NCBI GenBank assembly: GCA_049319825.1
Contig: JBMORT010000008.1
Coordinates: forward strand, 12,331 to 76,330
DNA: 64,000 bases
From: Patescibacteria group bacterium
GTDB lineage: Bacteria; Patescibacteriota; Patescibacteriia; UBA11705; DATKZF01
Direction of reading: 5' to 3'
Shown: positions 36,552 to 44,983 of the stretch, piece after piece
Layout: each line of letters opens with the position of its first letter
How positions within the stretch are numbered: position 1 is the stretch's first letter
Position numbers and translations under genes: made by a program
The notes under the pieces: model-generated
What the model saw: only the letters and a program-made list of their open reading frames with translations
The model's database searches: none
What the model was told of the DNA's origin: nothing

Positions 36552-37481
36552 ATGGCTATTCACAAACCAGTTTTGATAAAGGAGGTGATAGAGTCGCTTG
36601 ATCCGCAGCCGAATCAGAATTTTATTGATTGCACTTTGGGAGCCGGCGGGCATACGCGAGAGCTGCTGGAAAAAACCAGACCAAACGGAAAAGTGCTGGC
36701 CCTGGACTGGGATGAAAATGCCGTTATTGAGGCCAAACAAACCTTAAAGGAATATTTGCCGCGATTAACATTGATTAGAGATAACTATTCGAATTTGAAA
36801 AAAGTCGTTCAAGAAAATGATTTTGCTGATTTCAGCGGCGTGTTACTTGATCTGGGGTTATCCTCTGACCAGCTGAAATCTTCAGGCCGGGGATTCAGCT
36901 TTTTGACAGATGAGCCGCTGGATATGCGTTTTAGCTTGACGAACGGTTTAACCGCCGGTCAGATATTGAATAATTGGTCTGAGCCGGAACTGAAAAAAAT
37001 ATTAAAGGAATTCGGTGAAGAGGAAAAATTTCATAAAATAGTGGCTGAGATCGTCAAATATCGCCGAAATAGAAAATTCAAAACTACTCATCAGCTGGTG
37101 GATTTGATTGAACGAGTGAAAGGCTTGCCGAGAAAAGGGAAAATACACCCGGCGACCAAGGTTTTTCAAGCTTTGCGCATTGCCGTCAATAACGAGCTGG
37201 AAAATATAAAAAGCACATTGGCGCAGGCGGCTGGATTGATGCCAGTCGGATCTAAAATCGCGGTCATCAGTTTTCATTCGCTCGAAGATCGGATTATCAA
37301 GCAATTTTTTCAACGAGAGAGCAAAGATTGCGTTTGTCCGTCGGAAATTCCGGAATGCCGCTGCGGACATCGGGCAATATTAAAAATTATAACAAAAAAA
37401 CCGGTTATCGCATCTGCTGCGGAAGTGAAGGAGAATCCACGCGCAAGGTCGGCGAAGCTTAGAGTGGCGGAACGGATTTAA
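36552..37481 (+). CDS. rsmH: 16S rRNA (cytosine1402-N4)-methyltransferase RsmH (MraW)
   Basis: HKPVLIKEVIESL...DCTLGAGGHTRELL...GLSSDQL. Confidence 0.9.
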   Translation: MAIHKPVLIKEVIESLDPQPNQNFIDCTLGAGGHTRELLEKTRPNGKVLALDWDENAVIEAKQTLKEYLPRLTLIRDNYSNLKKVVQENDFADFSGVLLDLGLSSDQLKSSGRGFSFLTDEPLDMRFSLTNGLTAGQILNNWSEPELKKILKEFGEEEKFHKIVAEIVKYRRNRKFKTTHQLVDLIERVKGLPRKGKIHPATKVFQALRIAVNNELENIKSTLAQAAGLMPVGSKIAVISFHSLEDRIIKQFFQRESKDCVCPSEIPECRCGHRAILKIITKKPVIASAAEVKENPRARSAKLRVAERI

Positions 37482-37565
37482 GTGAATTTCCAGGCGAAAA
37501 CACCAAAAACAAAAATAAAATTGATACATGTTTCATGATCCATGATCCGTGTTACATGACCAAAT

Positions 37566-37937
37566 ATGTCTCCCTTTTTAAAATTTTCAAAATTTTCTCG
37601 GGTGAAATCAATCCAGTCGCCTAAAATTACCAGAGAAATAAAGCCTTTCAAATTTAAAAATTTTCTATTTATAAAAATTTTATTGATATTGCTATTGGTT
37701 GGCTCGGTGTTTCTTTACTTGATGCAGATTAACAGCCTGGCCACCAAGGGATTTAAGATTCAGGAGCTTGAAGGCCGGATTGGTGTGTTGCAGGACGGCA
37801 ATAAAAAGATGAGCATGGAAGCGGTCAAGCTCAGGTCAATGGCCGAACTAAATGAAAAAATTCAGAATTTAGACATGGTGCCAATAACCGAATTTTCATA
37901 TATCGAAGCGACTTCAACAGGCGTCGCCAAGCGATAA
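37566..37937 (+). CDS. ftsL: FtsL/DivIC-like cell-division protein (single TM plus coiled coil)
   Basis: 123 aa, TM ILLILLLVGSVFLYLM followed by a coiled coil; canonical position after rsmH; preceded by a CATG-heptad element. Confidence 0.45.
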   Translation: MSPFLKFSKFSRVKSIQSPKITREIKPFKFKNFLFIKILLILLLVGSVFLYLMQINSLATKGFKIQELEGRIGVLQDGNKKMSMEAVKLRSMAELNEKIQNLDMVPITEFSYIEATSTGVAKR

Positions 37938-37969
37938 TGGTTCTTTTAACAGCTGGACGTAAAAAAGCC

Positions 37970-38515
37970 TCATCCGTTGGATGGGCTTTTTTGCATTCTT
38001 TTTTTGCGATTGATCCGACCGACGAACCATGATCCCCGTGGATCGATCAGGTGAACAAACATGAAGACGAATTCTTTCATTCTTTCAATCCAGCTCATTT
38101 GGTGTCTGACCGTTTTGATTTTAACTCTTATGCCGTAGCTTAAAAAAGTGATCCACAGCCTGATCGCGTGCTGCCAATCTGTTAGCACTGTGATTCTGGC
38201 GTCAGTCAGTCCGCATTGTTTGAGCAAATCGATCGAGTATTTAACATTCTGGTACGTGTCTAGCGATTCTTTTTCCGCGATAACGCGATCGCCGGGCACG
38301 TGGTGAGAGTCAAACCAGCGCCGCATCAATTCCGCAGCCGGAGTTTGTTGAATATCAGGCGGCAGAAAAACGCCGCCGCAGGTGAGAATACAGAAATACT
38401 CACGAGTATGCCACATCATTTTGGCGCGTTGACAGCGATTGAGAGTGTCTTTTGCCGCCAGCTGATCAACCGGCTTGATTCCGCCTGCGGGCACCAACAG
38501 AATTTCGCGTCTCAT
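37970..38515 (-). CDS. DUF218 (YdcF/ElyC-like) domain protein
   Basis: LLVPAGG...ILTCGG...ESLDTYQN pattern of the DUF218 family. Confidence 0.6.
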   Translation of the reverse strand: MRREILLVPAGGIKPVDQLAAKDTLNRCQRAKMMWHTREYFCILTCGGVFLPPDIQQTPAAELMRRWFDSHHVPGDRVIAEKESLDTYQNVKYSIDLLKQCGLTDARITVLTDWQHAIRLWITFLSYGIRVKIKTVRHQMSWIERMKEFVFMFVHLIDPRGSWFVGRINRKKRMQKSPSNG

Positions 38516-38873
38516 GGCCTCCTCCTCATCCAGACGGTATTTTATCTTATTAAAAAAATATTAAAATGTCAATTATTAACAGTTAGTTTTGGTAAATGAT
38601 ATATTTGTGGTAGAATTAATACAACATGGAGCAATGTTATGAGGCAGTAGGCAAGAGGCGGCCTGCCTGACCAGTAGTACGTTACTATGGACTATTGCCC
38701 CTTTAACGACGCTCAAGTCAGGCTTCTGCTTATTGCCTTGCGTATCTCGCGTCTCGCCCATCGCCTTTCTTATACCAATCAACAATTAACCTCGTAACGT
38801 CGTAACCTCATAACCTCATAACCTCTTAATTTTTTTTCCAGCTAACGACATATTTAAAATAAAATTTATCTTT

Positions 38874-39560
38874 ATGCCAAAACAAAAAGCACAAAAAAAA
38901 TTTAAGCCGTCAGCCATCCCGGCAGCGACGATGATGATTGTCGCCGGGCTGGCATTGCTGATTCTCTTGGTCGGCGGTGGCTATGTCTGGTATTATACCA
39001 GTGTGATCGGCCCATTGCAGATTATCGTCGATAATCAGCTGAAGCTTCAAGAGCAAATAGACAACATCCAAACGATGCCGGGCAGCGACGCTTCGTTGAG
39101 CTCGATGGCCGAATTTTTATACAGTGACGCCGGAAATAATTTTGGCTACGGCAAAAAATCCATGGACGCTTTAACGGTGTTTACGCCGTCAAACCTTTCC
39201 GCTCAAAGCGATGAATGCGGCACCGATAAAAACGAGGCGTATTTCGTGAGGTTATTGAATGAGTTTGGAGGAAAAGACAAAGCCGTGGTTTATTCATTCA
39301 AATACAATAAAGATTCACAAGAGCCGAATGAATGGATGGTGACAGTAGTGCCGAATCGGTTTGGATATAAAACGATGGCTGAGTTTGAGAACGATTTTAA
39401 TTTTTGCGCCGCCGGCGGCGATTTGTATCCGACAATGGTCAATGATCGGTATTTATTATTTGTTTCCGGTTGCGGCACCGGTTTTAATGATGGCTCCGGC
39501 CGGCCGATCGGCTGCGATGAGGTGAGAAAAGTGATCCAGCCGACAATTAAGTTGAAATAA
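38874..39560 (+). CDS. N-terminally membrane-anchored hypothetical surface protein (paralog A, MPKQ-KK... anchor)
   Basis: MPKQKAQKKFKPSAIPAATMMIVAGLALLILLVGGGYVWYYTSVIGPLQ... shares its N-terminal architecture with the ORF at 39718. Confidence 0.45.
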   Translation: MPKQKAQKKFKPSAIPAATMMIVAGLALLILLVGGGYVWYYTSVIGPLQIIVDNQLKLQEQIDNIQTMPGSDASLSSMAEFLYSDAGNNFGYGKKSMDALTVFTPSNLSAQSDECGTDKNEAYFVRLLNEFGGKDKAVVYSFKYNKDSQEPNEWMVTVVPNRFGYKTMAEFENDFNFCAAGGDLYPTMVNDRYLLFVSGCGTGFNDGSGRPIGCDEVRKVIQPTIKLK

Positions 39561-39717
39561 ATTTGTTAAAACCGGCGCAAATTATTGTGCCGGTTTTTAT
39601 ATTTTGTGTTATAATAGAAACGTCATGGATCATGGAGCGATTCTAATGTGTTTGTAAATTAGAAATATTTGTAATTATTCGTAATAAAAATAAATAATAT
39701 TCGTAATTTGCTATTTT

Positions 39718-40536
39718 ATGCCCAAACAAACAGACAAAAAAACAAAATGCCTCTTGCCGTGTTACATTATGCTGATAACAGCGATAATAACGGTCGCCAC
39801 AGTGATCGCCTGTGTCGGCTACATGTGGTATTTTTCATTGATTGGCTCGCCGATCCAGCGGCTGGCGGAGAATCAGACAATGCTGCAAAATCAAGTTCAG
39901 AAGTTGGCTCCCGAGGCGACAGGGGAAGCGGTTAGCTCTGTTGGAAGCGAAACAAGAATTTTATTAAAGCCAATTCAAGGAGTATTTCAGTACAATCCGA
40001 CATATGAGGCGAACCTAAAAGCATCGGAGATGGAATGTGAATTGACTAAGCCTGTGGCGGCTGACAAAGTTAAAACATATTTCAGCCAACGCACAGGAAG
40101 TTCATTTGACATACCATATAATGCTGATTGGGTGAATTCAAAATATTCGCTGGATCCCTATGATGTGGTTGCTCCTTACGATCCTAATAAAAGAGGAGTG
40201 CTGGGTCAAGTCAACTTCGGTCCATTAGTCAGTTCGGAAAATTGCGCATGGAGAAGACAGTATGTATTGCAATTCTTGGATAGCATGTCAGCCGAAGATA
40301 GTGTGAAGGACATTGATTATTCATCGATAACGAAAATCACGATTAAAACCGAGCAGGGAGAATTAAAAGCGCTTAAAGTATTAGCAGAAGGTATGTGCGG
40401 GGATATTCCGATGTTGATTGTCTTGGGCCCCGAGTACAATTATGAATTTTCCGGTGATTGTTTTACTGGTACTTCCAATGATTTTACAGTTTTTGAATCG
40501 ATTATGCAGACATTTCGCTTCACTCATGGTTTATAA
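39718..40536 (+). CDS. N-terminally membrane-anchored hypothetical surface protein (paralog B)
   Basis: MPKQTDKKTKCLLPCYIMLITAIITVATVIACVGYMWYFSLIGSPIQ...; preceded by a GTAAT-repeat element. Confidence 0.45.
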   Translation: MPKQTDKKTKCLLPCYIMLITAIITVATVIACVGYMWYFSLIGSPIQRLAENQTMLQNQVQKLAPEATGEAVSSVGSETRILLKPIQGVFQYNPTYEANLKASEMECELTKPVAADKVKTYFSQRTGSSFDIPYNADWVNSKYSLDPYDVVAPYDPNKRGVLGQVNFGPLVSSENCAWRRQYVLQFLDSMSAEDSVKDIDYSSITKITIKTEQGELKALKVLAEGMCGDIPMLIVLGPEYNYEFSGDCFTGTSNDFTVFESIMQTFRFTHGL

Positions 40537-40679
40537 TCATTAAAAAATTTCAAAAAACCGGTTTCCTCTGCGATGCCGGTTTTTTATACACAATTTTTTG
40601 AAAATTAATTACAATTATCAGTATTTATGGTATAATTTATTTGTAATTATTCGTAATAAAATAAATATTTGTAATTATA

Positions 40680-41341
40680 TGGAAAAACAAACACCCAAAC
40701 CCTCCTTCGCCGGCTTTGCCATAGTCGCGGCATTGATAAGCACTGTGCTAATTATCGGTCTTTTTCTATATTGGCAAAATAATCAGATGACAGAGCTCAA
40801 GAGCGAAATTGCTGAGCAGCAAAAAGCTTTAGAAACCAAAGTGGAAAAGATTGAAAACGGGGAAGCCTCTGCTGAGGCCCAGCCGATAGTCGAAGAAAAT
40901 ACCAGTCCGACAGCGAATTGGAAAAAAATGTCTGTTTTCGGATTTTCAATGCTTTATCCAAAGGATTGGACTGTACAAGAAGAAGAAGCGCCAAAAGACC
41001 ATGAAATATACTCCTTTTATGATGCTGACGACCAAAAAGTGGGCTGGCTCTACTGCCCGGTGCCGGAAACCGGCTTTGAAGGCATGCTTTATGACACTCA
41101 GAAAAGATTGTACAGAAAAGACGGCGAGCTTTACCAGGCAGAGCTTTGGGAAGGCCGGCCTGATGTAACCGATTATCCGGCATATGTTTCTGAAATTCCG
41201 AAAAAAGAAATGATAATCTTTACGAAGAAGCCGACTGAGGGAGATGAATATTTGGCCGGCGGAGATTCATGTATGATGATAATCAGAAATATTGAAGACA
41301 TGGTTCCAATAGCCACTGAGATTTATAACTCGTTTGAATAA
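40680..41341 (+). CDS. N-terminally membrane-anchored hypothetical protein (likely start MEKQTPKP at 40680; ORF track starts at 40598)
   Basis: TM FAIVAALISTVLIIGLFLYW; a GTAAT-repeat element immediately upstream of 40680. Confidence 0.4.
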
Positions 41342-41344
41342 TTT

Positions 41345-42277
41345 ATGAATCACAAAATAATTTTAGGAATTGCCGGGGGAATAGTGATTGCCGCGCTGGG
41401 GTTTGGAGTTTATTTGGCTGTCACCAATTTTTCGATTATTAAAAATATTGACTTGGGTCAAGACGCGGATGAGGGAAAAATCGAAAATTTCGACGAGTGC
41501 GCGGCCGCGGGCAATCCGGTGATGGAAAGCTATCCGCGCCAGTGCCGCACGGCCGACGGCCGGCTTTTTGTGGAAGAGATTGACGAGGATGAGTGGGAAT
41601 TTGATTCTGAGTGGGGAGTCGATTACGAGGTCCGTGGCTGCGATGAGGAAAAGCTTCGCGATCCGCTGGCGCAAGAAAAAAAAGACAGAATAGCCGACAT
41701 GACCATTGACGGCAATTATGTAAATTTCACGCATTATTTGAATTATGTTTGCTGCGCTGATATTGAAGTGGAAATAATGGATACAGTCGTCGAAGATGAT
41801 AAAACGACAATTAAATTGCTTGAATCAAATACCGGTGAAATGTGCCGCTGCGTCTGCGATTATGAAGTCGACATCACTCTCGGCTATCTTGATCCCTTCA
41901 AATATACAGTTGAAATGTACGGCGTCGAATTCGAAGGCGAACAAGAGCCGCAGCTTCTCTGGTCAAGAGATTTTCAAATCATTGAATCAGAAGAAGACGG
42001 AGCCGGCATCGGCCTGGCGAATCCGGCTTCAGCGTATTGCCAGGATTGGGGCGGCACTGTGGATATTCGGCATTTTATCGACGGGGATAAGGGATTCTGC
42101 CTGTTTGAGGACGGTTCTGAATGCGAAGAATGGGCATTTTATCGTGATGAATGCTGGGACGGAGAGGTTTTTTGCAAAGATTTATGCGGTGACGGCCAGT
42201 GCCGGGAAATAGTCTGTGAAGCGGTCGGGTGTCCGTGCTCGGAGACAGCCGAATCGTGCCCTGCAGATTGCCAATAA
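41345..42277 (+). CDS. membrane-anchored acidic Cys-rich protein with a DUF333-like (putative hemolysin) C-terminal domain
   Basis: TM ILGIAGGIVIAALGFGVYLAV; ANPASAYCQDWGGTVDI...GFCLFEDGSECEEWAFYRDEC matches the NPAS-YC / C-F-DGS-C-EW-F-R-C pattern of DUF333; 23 Cys. Confidence 0.5.
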   Translation: MNHKIILGIAGGIVIAALGFGVYLAVTNFSIIKNIDLGQDADEGKIENFDECAAAGNPVMESYPRQCRTADGRLFVEEIDEDEWEFDSEWGVDYEVRGCDEEKLRDPLAQEKKDRIADMTIDGNYVNFTHYLNYVCCADIEVEIMDTVVEDDKTTIKLLESNTGEMCRCVCDYEVDITLGYLDPFKYTVEMYGVEFEGEQEPQLLWSRDFQIIESEEDGAGIGLANPASAYCQDWGGTVDIRHFIDGDKGFCLFEDGSECEEWAFYRDECWDGEVFCKDLCGDGQCREIVCEAVGCPCSETAESCPADCQ

Positions 42278-42622
42278 CGTAAAATAACGCAAAATAACGC
42301 CAAAATAACGCAACATAACGCCAAAATAACGCAATATAACGCAACATAACGCCAAAATAACGCAATATAACGCAACATAACGCCAATATAACGCAACATA
42401 ACGCAAAATAACGCAATATAACGCAACATAACGCAAAATAACGCCAAAATAACGCAATATAACGCCAAAATAACGCAATATAACGCAACATAACGCCAAA
42501 ATAACGCAATATAACGCAACATAACGCCAATATAACGCAAAATAACGCAATATAACGCAACATAACGCAAAATAACGCCAAAATAACGCAATATAACGCC
42601 AACATAACGCATATAACGCCCG
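42278..42622. repeat. degenerate minisatellite, ~33 units of 10/11 bp (AAAATAACGCA / AAAATAACGCCA / ATATAACGCAAC), starting at the stop codon of the preceding gene
   Basis: Read directly; mean period ~10.5 bp. Confidence 0.9.
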
Positions 42623-42642
42623 GGTAAAACCGGGTTTTGTTT
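42619..42642 (+). terminator. rho-independent terminator (cccgg-gtaaaac-ccggg + ttttgtttc) at the end of the minisatellite
   Basis: Read directly. Confidence 0.4.
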
Positions 42643-42644
42643 CT

Positions 42645-42763
42645 GGCCGATTCACGGCCGGCGCACGCGCCGGCCGCAGAGACGCGCCGCGGCGCGTCTC
42701 TGCACCGGACATGGTAAAACCGAATTCGAATTCGGTTTTACCATGTCCGGCCATGAATCGGCC
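42645..42763. repeat. GC-rich cloverleaf palindromic element, copy 3 (diverged sequence, same architecture: outer stem ggccgattca/tgaatcggcc plus three perfect hairpins, the last a 24-bp palindrome with two GAATTC sites)
   Basis: cggccggcgc-ac-gcgccggccg; cagagacgcgccgcggcgcgtctctg; ccggacatggtaaaaccgaattcgaattcggttttaccatgtccgg; shares the ggtaaaRccgaattcg core with copies 1 and 2. Confidence 0.8.
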
Positions 42764-42842
42764 CTGTTTATAAATCGCTTGAAAATATTTTTTAAACACG
42801 ATATAATCTTGTCAGATTTTTGAAATTAATACATATAAATTT

Positions 42843-44393
42843 ATGGGGATTTGGCGAAATCTTTTTTTATTTACACGGAGAATTGTCGGTTATTTTCCAT
42901 TGAAAATTATGCCGAATTTTAAAAGCGTACGCAGTTGGATAATAATTGTTTTAATCGCCGGCGCTTTCATCGTGCCTGGGGTTTTTGCGCAAGAAAACGG
43001 ACTGATTCCATTGCCGGCCGACTCAGCGCATCCTGCGACCGAAACCGTGGCAGCGGAAAATGCTTCTGACCATTCTTCCGAAGCCGAGGAAGGACATGGC
43101 GCCGCGGCCGCGCAAACCTTCATGTGGATCGCCATTATTTTAGTCGCGGCCAAGCTGTCCAGCCTGGTCGAGCGATTCGGCCAGCCATCGGTATTGGGCG
43201 AATTGGTGATTGGCGTTGTTTTGGGTAATTTGGTTCTATTGGGTATTAATTTTTTCGAGCCGTTGAAAATGAATGAAACCATAACTTTCTTGGCGGAATT
43301 GGGTGTGGTTATTTTATTATTCCAAATCGGGCTTGAGTCCAACATCAAGGAGATGAAAAGAGTGGGAGTCAAAGCTTTTATTGTCGCCTGCGTTGGCGTG
43401 GTTGCTCCTTTTGTGCTGGGAACATACGTGGTGGGACCGATGCTTTTACCCGGTTTGTCCAGTAACGCCTATTTGTTTTTAGGCGCCGCTTTAACCGCCA
43501 CTTCGGTCGGCATCACCGCGAGAGTTTTTCAGGATTTGGGCAAATTAAAAATTCCGGAAGCGCAAATTATTTTAGGCGCGGCAGTTATTGACGACGTTCT
43601 GGGTTTGATTATCCTGGCCGTCGTCTCCGCCATCGTCACCATCGGCGCCGTGAGTATCGGTGCGATCAGCATTATTGTCGCCAAGGCGATTCTGTTTTTG
43701 GTCGGCGCCATAGTGGTCGGTCAATTGATCGCCAAATGGCTGGGCCGGGCTTTTGCCAAGATTCAGACTGGCGTGGGTATGAAATTTACCTTAGCCATCT
43801 GTTTTGGCCTGCTTTTTGCCTTTTTGGCGCAAAAAATCGGCTTGGCGCCGATTGTCGGCGCGTTCGCGGCCGGTCTGGTGCTCGATCCCGTTCATTTTAA
43901 ATATTTTAAAGATCCGAAAGTGGTTAGTGACATGAAAAAAGCGGTTGAAGGCGCGCCGATTGAAATTCAGGAGAAAGTCGAAGAAGCCATCGAGCCGCAC
44001 GCGCACCGGCATATTGAGGATTTGGTGGCGCCGGTAGGCATGTTTTTAATACCGATATTTTTTGTCATGACGGGCATGGGAGTAAAGCTGGAAACTCTAT
44101 TTAACGTAAAAATATTGCTGGTGGCGCTCGGCATCACCGTTGTCGCTTTTATCGGCAAATACATTACCGGATTTGTCGCCGGAAAGGGAGTGAATAAATC
44201 TATTATCGGATTTGGCATGGTGCCGCGCGGAGAGGTCGGTCTGATTTTCGCGTCAATCGGCAAAGCCTTGGGAGTGGTGTCTGATTCTGTCTATTCGGTA
44301 ATCGTTATAATGGTAATATTAACAACACTGCTGACGCCGCCAATTTTGACTGTTTTATTGAAAAGACATGATCAAAAAGTAAAAATCGCTTGA
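42843..44393 (+). CDS. monovalent cation:proton antiporter (CPA2/Kef-type) with an N-terminal signal/extension
   Basis: ~12 TM segments; ELGVVILLFQIGLES and GAALTATSVGITARVF motifs typical of Na+/H+-K+/H+ exchangers. Confidence 0.7.
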   Translation: MGIWRNLFLFTRRIVGYFPLKIMPNFKSVRSWIIIVLIAGAFIVPGVFAQENGLIPLPADSAHPATETVAAENASDHSSEAEEGHGAAAAQTFMWIAIILVAAKLSSLVERFGQPSVLGELVIGVVLGNLVLLGINFFEPLKMNETITFLAELGVVILLFQIGLESNIKEMKRVGVKAFIVACVGVVAPFVLGTYVVGPMLLPGLSSNAYLFLGAALTATSVGITARVFQDLGKLKIPEAQIILGAAVIDDVLGLIILAVVSAIVTIGAVSIGAISIIVAKAILFLVGAIVVGQLIAKWLGRAFAKIQTGVGMKFTLAICFGLLFAFLAQKIGLAPIVGAFAAGLVLDPVHFKYFKDPKVVSDMKKAVEGAPIEIQEKVEEAIEPHAHRHIEDLVAPVGMFLIPIFFVMTGMGVKLETLFNVKILLVALGITVVAFIGKYITGFVAGKGVNKSIIGFGMVPRGEVGLIFASIGKALGVVSDSVYSVIVIMVILTTLLTPPILTVLLKRHDQKVKIA

Positions 44394-44522
44394 TAATATT
44401 AAAAATTCTGCCCATAATTGGGCCGTTTTTTAGTATAAAGAGTACTGCTTGAGGAATCTTGACCAAAATTTTATTTTAAGTTATAATTTGACAATCGCAT
44501 GTCGGAAAAAGGGGGATGAGAC

Positions 44523-44720
44523 ATGCTCGGTAATAAGGAAAAGCAAAAAATCGCGTGCGTTAGTTGCGTGTTTTTTTCTTTCCTGGCCATTGTGTTTATT
44601 TTATATCAGCTGTTTTGGCCGCAAGTTGTCTGCTGGGGATTCGCTATTTTTTTCAGAGAGTATTGGGAGTGGCTCAAGCGGAAAAACAATAAATTTTTTT
44701 TGACTTCACAAGTCAAATGA
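44523..44720 (+). CDS. small membrane protein (65 aa)
   Basis: Strong SD GGGGGATGAG upstream; two hydrophobic segments; followed by a terminator. Confidence 0.35.
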   Translation: MLGNKEKQKIACVSCVFFSFLAIVFILYQLFWPQVVCWGFAIFFREYWEWLKRKNNKFFLTSQVK

Positions 44721-44725
44721 TTGGC

Positions 44726-44756
44726 ACAGATTAATTTCTGTGCTTTTTTTGCGAAA
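44726..44756 (+). terminator. rho-independent terminator (gcacaga-ttaattt-ctgtgc + T7)
   Basis: Read directly. Confidence 0.5.
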
Positions 44757-44983
44757 TGCGAAAGGTGAGAGGCGATAGGCAGAGGAGAGAGATTGGATAA
44801 TGCTGCAGCGCCCTGCCCTCGTTGTTATTTCGACCGACCCTGAGCGAGTGAGGTTTAAACGAACGAGTCGAAGGGGAGTGGAGAAATCTCCCATTTCGTT
44901 TTTTCATTTTATCCTCCGCAGCCTTTTAATTCGTGCCTCAAAATGATACAATTTCTTTATTGCTCATTGACAAGGAGGCAGAC

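Noticed and set aside
42075-42799. Minus-strand ORFs of 157-205 aa across the 10/11-bp minisatellite
   Set aside because: The repetitive translation (ALFWRYIALF...) derives from the tandem repeat. All three overlap each other.
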